A stretch of DNA of 64,000 nucleotides from Auanema rhodensis (taxonomy: Eukaryota > Animalia > Nematoda): contig OZ059895.1 of the NCBI GenBank assembly GCA_964057225.1, positions 9,486,001-9,550,000 of the forward strand, read 5' to 3'. The translations under genes and the position numbers were made by a program. Positions within the stretch are counted from its first letter, which is position 1. Each line of letters opens with the position of its first letter. The notes below the pieces were generated by a model, which saw only the letters and a list, made by a program, of their open reading frames with translations, ran no database searches and was not told where the DNA came from. Shown one piece after another: positions 1 to 12,200 of the stretch.

Positions 1-3000
1 TAAATAAAATAGATGGAGTGAAATTGCTCGGAAAATATAAATCAGTTTCATGTTTCAGTTTTTGAGCATCACAATATTGAAATTTGAATGTTTTTTAATG
101 ATTAAAATTTAAAAAATGAAATTATGAAATAATGGTAGAAATATAAAATTGTTTAAAATATGGAATTAAATAAAATAGATGGAGTGAAATTGCTTGGAAA
201 ATATAAATCAGTTTCATGTTTCAGTTTTTGAGCATCACAATATTGAAATTTGAATGTTTTTTAATGATTAAAAATTTAAAAAATGAAATTATGAAATAGT
301 GGTAGAAATATAAAATTGTTTAAAATATGGAATTAAATAAAATAGATGGAGTGAAATTGCTTGGAAAATATAAATCAGTTTCATGTTTCAATTTTTGAGC
401 ATCACAATATTGAAATTTAAATGTTTTTTAATGATTAAAAATTTAAAAAATGAAATTATGAAATAGTGGTAGAAATATAAAATTGTTTAAAATATGGAAT
501 TAAATAAAATAAATGGAGTGAAATTGCTTGGAAAATATAAATCAGTTTCATGTTTCAATTTTTGAGCATCACAATATTGAAATTTAAATGTTTTTTAATG
601 ATTAAAAATTTAAAAAATGAAATTATGAAATAGTGGTAGAAATATAAAATTGTTTAAAATATGGAATTAACTAAAATAGATGGAGTGAAATTGCTTGGAA
701 AATATAAATCAGTTCCATGTTTCAATTTTTGAGCATCACAATATTGAAATTTAAATGTTTTTTAATGATAAAAAATTTTAAAAATGAAATTATGAAATAG
801 TGGTAGAAATATAAAATTGTTTAAAATATGGAATTAAATAAAATAGATGGAGTGAAATTGCTTGGAAAATATAAATCAGTTTCATGTTTCAATTTTTGAG
901 CATCACAATATTGAAATTTAAATGTTTTTTAATGATTAAAAATTTAAAAAATGAAATTATGAAATAGTGGTAGAAATATAAAATTGTTTAAAATATGGAA
1001 TTAAATAAAATAGATGAAGTGAACTTGCTTGGAAAATATAAATCAGTTTCATGTTTCAATTTTTGAGCATCACAATATTGAAATTTAAATGTTTTTTAAT
1101 GATTAAAAATTTAAAAAATGAAATTATGAAATAGTGGTAGAAATATAAAATTGTTTAAAATATGGAATTAAATAAAATAGATGGAGTGAAATTGCTTGGA
1201 AAATATGAATCAGTTTCATGTTTCAATTTTTGAGCATCACAATATTGAAATTTAAATATTTTTTAATGATTAAAAATTTAAAAAATGAAATTATGAAATA
1301 GTGGTAGAAATATAAAATTGTTTAAAATATGGAATTAAATAAAATAGATGAAGTGAACTTGCTTGGAAAATATAAATCAGTTTCATGTTTCAATTTTTGA
1401 GCATCACAATATTGAAATTTAAATGTTTTTTAATGATTAAAAATTTAAAAAATGAAATTATGAAATAGTGGTAGAAATATAAAATTGTTTAAAATTTAAA
1501 TATTTTTTAATGATTAAAAATTTAAAAAATGAAATTATGAAATAGTGGTAGAAATATAAAATTGTTTAAAATATGGAATTAAATAAAATAGATGAAGTGA
1601 ACTTGCTTGGAAAATATAAATCAGTTTCATGTTTCAATTTTTGAGCATCACAATATTGAAATTTAAATGTTTTTTAATGATTAAAAATTTAAAAAATGAA
1701 ATTATGAAATAGTGGTAGAAATATAAAATTGTTTAAAATATGGAATTAAATAAAATAGATGAAGTGAACTTGCTTGGAAAATATAAATCAGTTTCATGTT
1801 TCAATTTTTGAGCATCACAATATTGAAATTTAAATGTTTTTTAATGATTAAAAATTTAAAAAATGAAATTATGAAATAGTGGTAGAAATATAAAATTGTT
1901 TAAAATATGGAATTAAATAAAATAGATGGAGTGAAATTGCTTGGAAAATATGAATCAGTTTCATGTTTCAATTTTTGAGCATCACAATATTGAAATTTAA
2001 ATATTTTTTAATGATTAAAAATTTAAAAAATGAAATTATGAAATAGTGGTAGAAATATAAAATTGTTTAAAATATGGAATTAAATAAAATAGATGAAGTG
2101 AACTTGCTTGGAAAATATAAATCAGTTTCATGTTTCAATTTTTGAGCATCACAATATTGAAATTTAAATGTTTTTTAATGATTAAAAATTTAAAAAATGA
2201 AATTATGAAATAGTGGTAGAAATATAAAATTGTTTAAAATTTAAATATTTTTTAATGATTAAAAATTTAAAAAATGAAATTATGAAATAGTGGTAGAAAT
2301 ATAAAATTGTTTAAAATATGGAATTAAATAAAATAGATGAAGTGAACTTGCTTGGAAAATATAAATCAGTTTCATGTTTCAATTTTTGAGCATCACAATA
2401 TTGAAATTTAAATGTTTTTTAATGATTAAAAATTTAAAAAATGAAATTATGAAATAGTGGTAGAAATATAAAATTGTTTAAAATATGGAATTAAATAAAA
2501 TAGATGAAGTGAACTTGCTTGGAAAATATAAATCAGTTTCATGTTTCAATTTTTGAGCATCACAATATTGAAATTTAAATGTTTTTTAATGATTAAAAAT
2601 TTTAAAAATGAAATTATGAAATAGTGGTAGAAATATAAAATTGTTTAAAATATGGAATTAAATAAAATAGATGGAGTGAAATTGCTTGGAAAATATAAAT
2701 CAGTTTCATGTTTCAATTTTTGAGCATCACAATATTGAAATTTAAATGTTTTTTAATGATTAAAAATTTAAAAAATGAAATTATGAAATAGTGGTAGAAA
2801 TATAAAATTGTTTAAAATATGGAATTAAATAAAATAAATGGAGTGAAATTGCTTGGAGAATATAAATCAGTTTCATGTTTCAGTTTTTGAGCATCACAAT
2901 ATTGAAATTTGAATGTTTTTTTAATGATTAAAAATTTAAAAAATGAATTTATGAAATAGTGGTAGAAATATAAAATTGTTTAAAATATGGAATTAAATAA

Positions 3001-6000
3001 AATAAATGGAGTGAAATTGCTTGGAAAATATAAATCAGTTTCATGTTTCAATTTTTGAGCATCACAATATTGAAATTTAAATGTTTTTTAATGATTAAAA
3101 ATTTAAAAAATGAAATTATGAAATAGTGGTAGAAATATAAAATTGTTTAAAATATGGAATTAAATAAAATAGATGGAGTGAAATTGCTTGGAAAATATAA
3201 ATCAGTTTCATGTTTCAGTTTTCAAGCATCACAATATTGAAATTTGAATGTTTTTTTAATGATTAAAAATTTAAAAAATGAAATTATGAAATAGTGGTAG
3301 AAATATAAAATTGTTTAAAATATGGAATTAAATAAAATAGATGGAGTGAAATTGCTTGGAAAATATAAATCAGTTTCATGTTTCAGTTTTTAAGCATCAC
3401 AATATTGAAATTTGAATGTTTTTTTAATGATTAAAAATTTAAAAAATGAAATTATGAAATAGTGGTAGAAATATAAAACTGTTTAAAATATGGAATTAAA
3501 TAAAATAAATGGAGTGAAATTGCTTGGAAAATATAAATCAGTTTCATGTTTCAGTTTTTGAGCATCACAATATTGAAATTTGAATGTTTTTTAATGATTA
3601 AAAATTTAAAAAATGAAATTATGAAATAGTGGTAGAAATATAAAATTGTTTAAAATATGGAATTAAATAAAATAGATGGAGTGAAATTGCTTGGAAAATA
3701 TAAATCAGTTTCATGTTTCAATTTTTGAGCATCACAATATTGAAATTTAAATGTTTTTTAATGATTAAAAATTTAAAAAATGAAATTATGAAATAGTGGT
3801 AGAAATATAAAATTGTTTAAAATATGGAATTAAATAAAATAAATGGAGTGAAATTGCTTGGAAAATATAAATCAGTTTCATGTTTCAATTTTTGAGCATC
3901 ACAATATTGAAATTTAAATGTTTTTTAATGATTAAAAATTTAAAAAATGAAATTATGAAATAGTGGTAGAAATATAAAATTGTTTAAAATATGGAATTAA
4001 CTAAAATAGATGGAGTGAAATTGCTTGGAAAATATAAATCAGTTCCATGTTTCAATTTTTGAGCATCACAATATTGAAATTTAAATGTTTTTTAATGATA
4101 AAAAATTTTAAAAATGAAATTATGAAATAGTGGTAGAAATATAAAATTGTTTAAAATATGGAATTAAATAAAATGAATGGAGTGAAATTGCTTGGAAAAT
4201 ATAAATCAGTTTCATGTTTCAATTTTTGAGCATCACAATATTGAAATTTAAATGTTTTTTAATGATTAAAAATTTAAAAAATGAAATTATGAAATAGTGG
4301 TAGAAATATAAAATTGTTTAAAATATGGAATTAAATAAAATAGATGAAGTGAACTTGCTTGGAAAATATAAATCAGTTTCATGTTTCAATTTTTGAGCAT
4401 CACAATATTGAAATTTAAATGTTTTTTAATGATTAAAAATTTAAAAAATGAAATTATGAAATAGTGGTAGAAATATAAAATTGTTTAAAATATGGAATTA
4501 AATAAAATAGATGGAGTGAAATTGCTTGGAAAATATGAATCAGTTTCATGTTTCAATTTTTGAGCATCACAATATTGAAATTTAAATATTTTTTAATGAT
4601 TAAAAATTTAAAAAATGAAATTATGAAATAGTGGTAGAAATATAAAATTGTTTAAAATATGGAATTAAATAAAATAGATGAAGTGAACTTGCTTGGAAAA
4701 TATAAATCAGTTTCATGTTTCAATTTTTGAGCATCACAATATTGAAATTTAAATGTTTTTTAATGATTAAAAATTTAAAAAATGAAATTATGAAATAGTG
4801 GTAGAAATATAAAATTGTTTAAAATATGGAATTAAATAAAATAGATGAAGTGAACTTGCTTGGAAAATATAAATCAGTTTCATGTTTCAATTTTTGAGCA
4901 TCACAATATTGAAATTTAAATGTTTTTTAATGATTAAAAATTTTAAAAATGAAATTATGAAATAGTGGTAGAAATATAAAATTGTTTAAAATATGGAATT
5001 AAATAAAATAGATGGAGTGAAATTGCTTGGAAAATATAAATCAGTTTCATGTTTCAATTTTTGAGCATCACAATATTAAAATTTAAATGTTTTTTAATGA
5101 TTAAAAATTTAAAAAATGAAATTATGAAATAGTGGTAGAAATATAAAATTGTTTAAAATATGGAATTAAATAAAATAAATGGAGTGAAATTGCTTGGAGA
5201 ATATAAATCAGTTTCATGTTTCAGTTTTTGAGCATCACAATATTGAAATTTGAATGTTTTTTTAATGATTAAAAATTTAAAAAATGAATTTATGAAATAG
5301 TGGTAGAAATATAAAATTGTTTAAAATATGGAATTAAATAAAATAAATGGAGTGAAATTGCTTGGAAAATATAAATCAGTTTCATGTTTCAATTTTTGAG
5401 CATCACAATATTGAAATTTAAATGTTTTTTAATGATTAAAAATTTAAAAAATGAAATTATGAAATAGTGGTAGAAATATAAAATAGTTTAAAATATGGAA
5501 TTAAATAAAATAGATGGAGTGAAATTGCTTGGAAAATATAAATCAGTTTCATGTTTCAGTTTTTAAGCATCACAATATTGAAATTTGAATGTTTTTTTAA
5601 TGATTAAAAATTTAAAAAATGAAATTATGAAATAGTGGTAGAAATATAAAATTGTTTAAAATATGGAATTAAATAAAATAGATGGAGTGAAATTGCTTGG
5701 AAAATATAAATCAGTTTCATGTTTCAGTTTTTAAGCATCACAATATTGAAATTTGAATGTTTTTTTAATGATTAAAAATTTAAAAAATGAAATTATGAAA
5801 TAGTGGTAGAAATATAAAACTGTTTAAAATATGGAATTAAATAAAATAAATGGAGTGAAATTGCTTGGAAAATATAAATCAGTTTCATGTTTCAGTTTTT
5901 GAGCATCACAATATTGAAATTTGAATGTTTTTTAATGATTAAAAATTTAAAAAATGAAATTATGAAATAGTGGTAGAAATATAAAATTGTTTAAAATATG

Positions 6001-7413
6001 GAATTAGATAAAATAGATGAAGTGAACTTGCTTGGAAAATATAAATCAGTTTCATGTTTCAGTTTTTGAGCATCACAATATTGAAATTTTAATGTTTTTT
6101 TAATGATTAAAAATTTAAAAAATGAAATTATGAAATAGTGGTAGAAATATAAAATTGTTTAAAATATGGAATTAGATAAAATAGATGAAGTGAACTTGCT
6201 TGGAAAATATAAATCAGTTTCATGTTTCAGTTTTTGAGCATCACAATATTGAAATTTTAATGTTTTTTTAATGATTAAAAATTTAAAAAATGAAATTATG
6301 AAATAGTGGTAGAAATATAAAATTGTTTAAAATATGGAATTAAATAAAATAAATGGAGTGAAATTGCTTGGAAAATGTAAATCAGTTTCATGTTTCAATT
6401 TTTGAGCATCACAATATTGAAATTTAAATGTTTTTTAATGATTAAAAATTTAAAAAATGAAATTATGAAATAGTGGTAGAAATATAAAATTGTTTAAAAT
6501 ATGGAATTAAATAAAATAGATGAAGTGAACTTGCTTGGAAAATATAAATCAGTTTCATGTTTCAATTTTTGAGCATCACAATATTGAAATTTAAATGTTT
6601 TTTAATGATTAAAAATTTAAAAAATGAAATTATGAAATAGTGGTAGAAATATAAAATTGTTTAAAATATGGAATTAAATAAAATAGATGGAGTGAAATTG
6701 CTTGGAAAATATAAATCAGTTTCATGTTTCAGTTTTTAAGCATCACAATATTGAAATTTGAATGTTTTTTTAATGATTAAAAATTTAAAAAATGAAATTA
6801 TGAAATAGTGGTAGAAATATAAAATTGTTTAAAATATGGAATTAAATAAAATAGATGGAGTGAAATTGCTTGGAAAATATAAATCAGTTCCATGTTTCAA
6901 TTTTTGAGCATCACAATATTGAAATTTAAATGTTTTTTAATGATTAAAAATTTAAAAAATGAAATTATGAAATAGTGGTAGAAATATAAAATTGTTTAAA
7001 ATATGGAATTAAATAAAATAGATGAAGTGAAATTGCTTGGAAAATATAAATCAGTTCCATGTTTCAATTTTTGAGCATCACAATATTGAAATTTAAATGT
7101 TTTTTAATGATTAAAAATTTAAAAAATGAAATTATGAAATAGTGGTAGAAATATAAAATTGTTTAAAATATGGAATTAAATAAAATAGATGGAGTGAAAT
7201 TGCTTGGAAAATATAAATCAGTTCCATGTTTCAATTTTTGAGCATCACAATATTGAAATTTAAATGTTTTTTAATGATTAAAAATTTTAAAAATGAAATT
7301 ATGAAATAGTGGTAGAAATATAAAATTGTTTAAAATATGGAATTAAATAAAATAGATGGAGTGAAATTGCTTGGAAAATATAAATCAGTTTCATGTTTCA
7401 ATTTTTGAGCATC
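1..7413. repeat. 167-bp AT-rich tandem satellite array, left flank (about 44 monomers; continues beyond window start)
   Basis: Monomer starts (taaataaaatagatgg...) recur at 167, 334, 501 and 668, giving a 167-bp period (168 bp when the T-tract has 7 T). The consensus has about 32 G+C per 167 bp (19% GC) and no CpG. No ORFs in the track. Confidence 0.99.
7409..7413 (+). repeat. Left target-site duplication (GCATC)
   Basis: ...ttttga GCATC|TGTGCT...; the same 5-mer follows the 3' LTR, and an uninterrupted monomer has only one copy. Confidence 0.93.
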
Positions 7414-7946
7414 TGTGCTGAAGCACTCTCATCCCGTGATAATAGTGTTCCTCCTTAGTTTAAGTTCAATTGTACTTCTTTATTGTCCTCTCTTTGTACT
7501 ATCCATTATCCTCAACTATCTAATCGATAATCCTGTAAGTTGTCACCAACGGCCGATTTGCCGATGAATCACCTATCGCCCTTTGCCATCTGATCCATTA
7601 GGCAAGATCTTAGGCGCGATAGCCGTCGCCCACTTGCAAGGGGGATGAATCACATAGGATTTAGACCCCTCCTCTCGCTTTCTACAATTAATACATTATC
7701 TATCACTTCCGGGGACCTAGTATATAAACCCGCAATAATTCTTCTAAATCATGTCTCAATATTATCCTGCCACCGCTATCATCTTCCCGTCAATTTATTT
7801 CTGTTTTACTCGTATTGTATTCGTATCACCGATAATAAACTCTTCTCTTGTACTCGCGACTATTGCCTATTACTTGGACTAATATTCCACTACCACTTAA
7901 CCACAAATGCCCGTTATTCGCTCTCCAACTAGAGGACAAAACGACA
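7414..7946 (+). repeat. 5' LTR, full length, 533 bp (TGT...ACA)
   Basis: Starts immediately after the TSD with TGT and ends ACGACA directly before the TGG of the PBS. 7564-7946 is repeated at 14754-15136. Confidence 0.95.
7721..7728 (+). promoter_or_regulatory. Putative TATA box in LTR U3 (TATATAAA; copy at 14911-14918)
   Basis: Canonical TATA motif about 110 bp upstream of the AATAAA, as expected for a U3-R-U5 layout. Confidence 0.6.
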
Positions 7947-9253
7947 TGGTGCATCAAGCCGAACAATGGAACAGCAGCTGCTCAATATTACTCGCTAAGC
8001 TCAAGGACAACGACGCAAGGAGGAAATCATATGCGGTACGTCAAGTTACTAATACCTCCAACAAAACCCAAAGCATGATTGACACCCGTGAAAGGGAGAT
8101 TTCAAACATCAATGGGGACATCCTCGCCATCAACAAACTGATGGACGAGATGAAACACATCCCAACCGACCTACGCCCCGAGGACCAAAGTCGGATCACG
8201 AAGAACGAAGAAACTCTGCGGAAACACATCTCTACCCTACTGTCATACAGTAACGACATACAAGAACAAGTGAACTACCTGAAGGGTCTCAACCACACTG
8301 AGAACAGCCCTGACCCAACACACACAGACAGTTCACAGCCCTCTGAGCACCACCTCATTGGAACTGCTGAACTCACACACGCCACACAACCTCGAAGCTG
8401 GGAAACATATCGATCACGGCCAACACTCAAACCTGTCGATATCCCACGCTTCGATGGCAACGTGAAAAGCTGGAAAAACTTTTGGTGCTTGTTCCACACA
8501 CTTATACACTCATCGAACATGCCCACCATAGAAAAGTTTAACTACCTTCGCCAGTCATTAACAGGAGAAGCAGCTTCACAAATAGCTTCATTCCCAACGG
8601 ATGAAGACTACTACTTCAGCGCAGTACATCACCTGCAGGATCTATATGATGATAACGACAACATCACACAACATCTCATGCTGGAATTTCTCCAGATACA
8701 AGCGAGAACATCCAACCAGCATGACCTCCTCTCCATGATGGACAAGATCGCAGGCATTTTTCGCCAAACTGAAGGAAACAGGAACGCCGAACTCAACTCC
8801 CTCGCTGTAGTTATCTTACACAAGAAACTACCAGGGAACCTTCTCCAAGAGATCTACAAATCATTCCCCTCGGAAAAAACACCTGACATCAGAGACTTAG
8901 TAGACATCACAAGGCGACATATCCGATGCCAAAACAAGGTGAAAATTTTCGCAGCAGATCGGTTCGAGAAACCAATCACACGAGTCTACAACTCACCACC
9001 AGGGAACACCTACAATTCCCAACGCAACAAACCAGAAGCTAAAAAACTAGCAAAAACATCCAGTTGCATCTTCTGCCAGAAACCTCACGCCCCATGGGAC
9101 TGTGACACAACAAAGTCGAGGAAGGAGCGTCTAACCATTCTCAACCAGGAAAAGAGATGCATCAACTGTCTCCGCAAAACACACAACACGGAGTCATGTC
9201 CAAGCAAACGAACATGCTCCAAATGCGGAGAAAAACACATCGACATCTTATGC
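7907..9253 (+). other. gag: Gag region: N-terminal coiled coil, DUF1759-type capsid domain (from about 8426) and three Cys-His zinc knuckles (9065-9253)
   Basis: LKPVDIPRFDGNVKSWKNFW...EKFNYLRQSLTGEAA; CIFCQKPHAPWDC, CINCLRKTHNTESC, CSKCGEKHIDILC. Confidence 0.9.
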
Positions 9254-12200
9254 GCTAATAAAAAGAAGACGACCAAAGTCAACTTAATTGAGAGCACACC
9301 CTACAATGACGAGGAAACCGAAGAACACACGGTTCAATTCTCCTCCCAGTTCTCTACCAATCAATTCAAAAGCGCCCTCCTTCCAATAGGAGAAATCAAG
9401 ATAATGACGAATGGAAAATTTTCCACAATCCCAGCCATCTTGGACTCTGGATCGGACACATCTTTCATCGAAGAAGAACTTGCCAAAGAACTTCAACTAC
9501 CCGTTATAGAATCTAAACGCGTAAAAATCAAGACTTTCGGCAACACAAAAAGCGTTGAACACCTCACAAAGGTGAAAGCAACAATCAAAGGAACAGTCTC
9601 CAACATCACTGCACACCTTTGGACAAAAAAGACCTTGACGGGTCCCATCAAAACAGTCCGAATTCCAAAATCAGACAACTCCACCTTCAAATTAAATCAA
9701 GGAACCTACGTCAATCCACGCATACTCATAGGCTCCGATTTAATGTGGCAAGCTCTGACAGCCATTATACCAATCTCTGACGACCACATACAAGTCAAGA
9801 CACAATTTGGAGACTTCATAACAGGAAAAGCAAGCGACCAACCATCCATCAACGCCTTCTCAGTTATAACTGGAAACACCTCTATCCCGATAGACACATG
9901 GAACAAAAACTTCATCGAGGAGCAGCAAGAATTTACGGGAACCGAACAAGAAGAAAAACAAGCACGAGACAAACTAGTATTGGAACAATTCCAATCCACC
10001 ATCCAAAAAAGAGACGATGGTTATTACGTCTCCTTCCCATGGAAAGACAACATCAATCTTCTCCCCGACAACAAATCACTTGCTCACAGACGCCTCATAA
10101 GTCTAGTCGTAAAATTATCTCAACAACCAGATTCACTAGCAGCATACGACAAAATCATTCAAGAACAACTAGACAATGGAATAATCGAACCAGCAGAAGA
10201 ACCATACCCTGACGCTCAAACGATACACTACATTGCTCATCAAGCAGTTCTGACCCCACAAAAGGAAACAACCAAACTAAGGATAGTATACGACGCTTCC
10301 GGACACTACCAGAACAGACCCAGTCTCAACGACGTCATCCATCAAGGACCACTAATCCTACCATCACTAGTAGGAATGATTTTACGCTTCCGCTGCGGGA
10401 AAATGGCACTGATAGCAGACGTAAAGAAAGCATTTCTTCAAATAAGACTCCACGAGTCAGAACGTGACGCTACAAGATTCTTTTGGCTGAGAGATATCTC
10501 CAAACCAATGAGCACCGAAAATACAAGAACCCTACGCTTCTGTAGAGTTCCCTTTGGAATCAATGTCTCGCCATTTCTCCTCGCAGCCACAATTCGTCAT
10601 CATCTGGAACAAAGAAGCAACGAAAACTTCCTAGCCCACCAAATTAAAGAGAACCTTTACGTGGACAACCTATTACTTGCCACAAACTCAGAAGAAGATC
10701 TCAAACTGGGATACCAAGAAACAAAGGACATATTCGCAGAAATGAACATGTCACTACAAGAATTCATAACGAACAGTCCGGACTTCAACAAAAACCTACT
10801 ACTAGAGGAGAAAAACACCTCATCAAAACCAAAAGTTCTTGGATTACCATGGGACACAGAAACGGACCAATGGATCATCCAAACCAAGCTTCCAGAAACA
10901 AAACTGACCAAACGTGGTATTACACAAGCCATTGCATCGATCTTTGACCCCATGGGTTTGATAAGTCCATGCCTACACCCACTACGACTCTTCCTACAGA
11001 ATCTATGGACAGAGAATTACGACTGGGACACTACGTTGCCTGAAGAACACCAAAAAACATGGCATACACTAGCCGAAAACTTCAACTTCAACAAAACTCA
11101 GCAACGAGCCCTACCAGAAGATCCGAATCAGCAGTACCACTTAGTTACCTGCACAGATTCTAGCGGATCAGCCCTAGGATTCTGCACATACCTCCTGGCA
11201 GCCACATCACGCATACCTACCTTGGTCTTCGCTAAATCCAAGCTACACTCAAAGAACTCCAACATCACCATCCCGAAAGCAGAAATATCAGCTCTCACAG
11301 TAGGTGTCACAAACACCAACAAAATCATCAAAGAAATGAAAGACAACATCAAAATCTTGTCTACAACATTTTTATCGGACTCAGAAATAACGTTAGCATG
11401 GATAAGACGAAAACCTGATCAGAAGACAACAGGGGTCTTAGTACAAAACAGAATCAAGGAAATCTACGACCACATCGACCAAATCGAAGATATGGATATC
11501 AAGACATACTTTGGTTACATCAACACCAAAGACAACCCAGCCGACATTGCCACAAGAGGTTGCACAACAGACGAGCTACTAAATCATTTCTGGTGGAATC
11601 CCAAAGCACAAATTGACAAAGCCATTAATGGTCCGCTCTTCTCATTACCTCAACCAGAAATCACAGTGAATACAGCTAGGACATCTGAAGAATACGAAGA
11701 ATCCTGGCTAGAACACTGCAACACATGGATCCAAGCACAAGAAAAATGGATCGCAGAGAATTATTCTCTGTTAGAGAAACGACTACCGACACATTACGAA
11801 GAAGCCGAACTGAACCTTCTCCATCTGCATCAACACAACCTACTCGTACGTCTTACAGCAGCACAACGAAACGACTTAAGACCACTGTTGAAAGATCATC
11901 TTTGGCACAGCCGCGGACGAATGCAGAATAGTGAACTAGATGAGAGTGCAAAACTTCCTATCATCGTCTTACCCAAAACAAGGACAGCCACCTTAATTAT
12001 CGAACACGTCCACAACCAATTTCACAAAAGCACGTCACACACCATGGCCGAAGTTCGACAGAAATTCTGGATACCACAACTTCGCTCACAAACCATCTCA
12101 GTCATACGAAGATGCGTAGAGTGCCAACGAATGAACAACCGACCATTCACGTACCCCCCCTCTGGCGACATACCCAGCAGAAGACTCAACCGAAGCCGAC

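Noticed and set aside
298-307. AGTGGTAGAA in the monomer resembles a tRNA-Gly D-loop / A-box (tRNA-derived satellite?)
   Set aside because: No B-box, no cloverleaf and 81% AT context; a 10-mer match is insufficient.
7408-7413. Alternative 6-bp TSD AGCATC
   Set aside because: The A at 15136 is the terminal base of the LTR (it matches 7946, ...GACA), so the duplication is 5 bp.
7645-7932. 95-aa ORF in the 5' LTR (84-aa copy at 14835-15089)
   Set aside because: Lies wholly within the LTR, spans the TATA and poly(A) motifs, has no recognisable domain, and is shortened by a TTA>TGA change in the other copy; probably incidental.
7951-7956. PBS contains GCATCA, the same as the target site
   Set aside because: The PBS sequence is dictated by the tRNA, and the clean TG...CA ends with a TSD indicate normal integrase action; a 6-nt match is probably chance.
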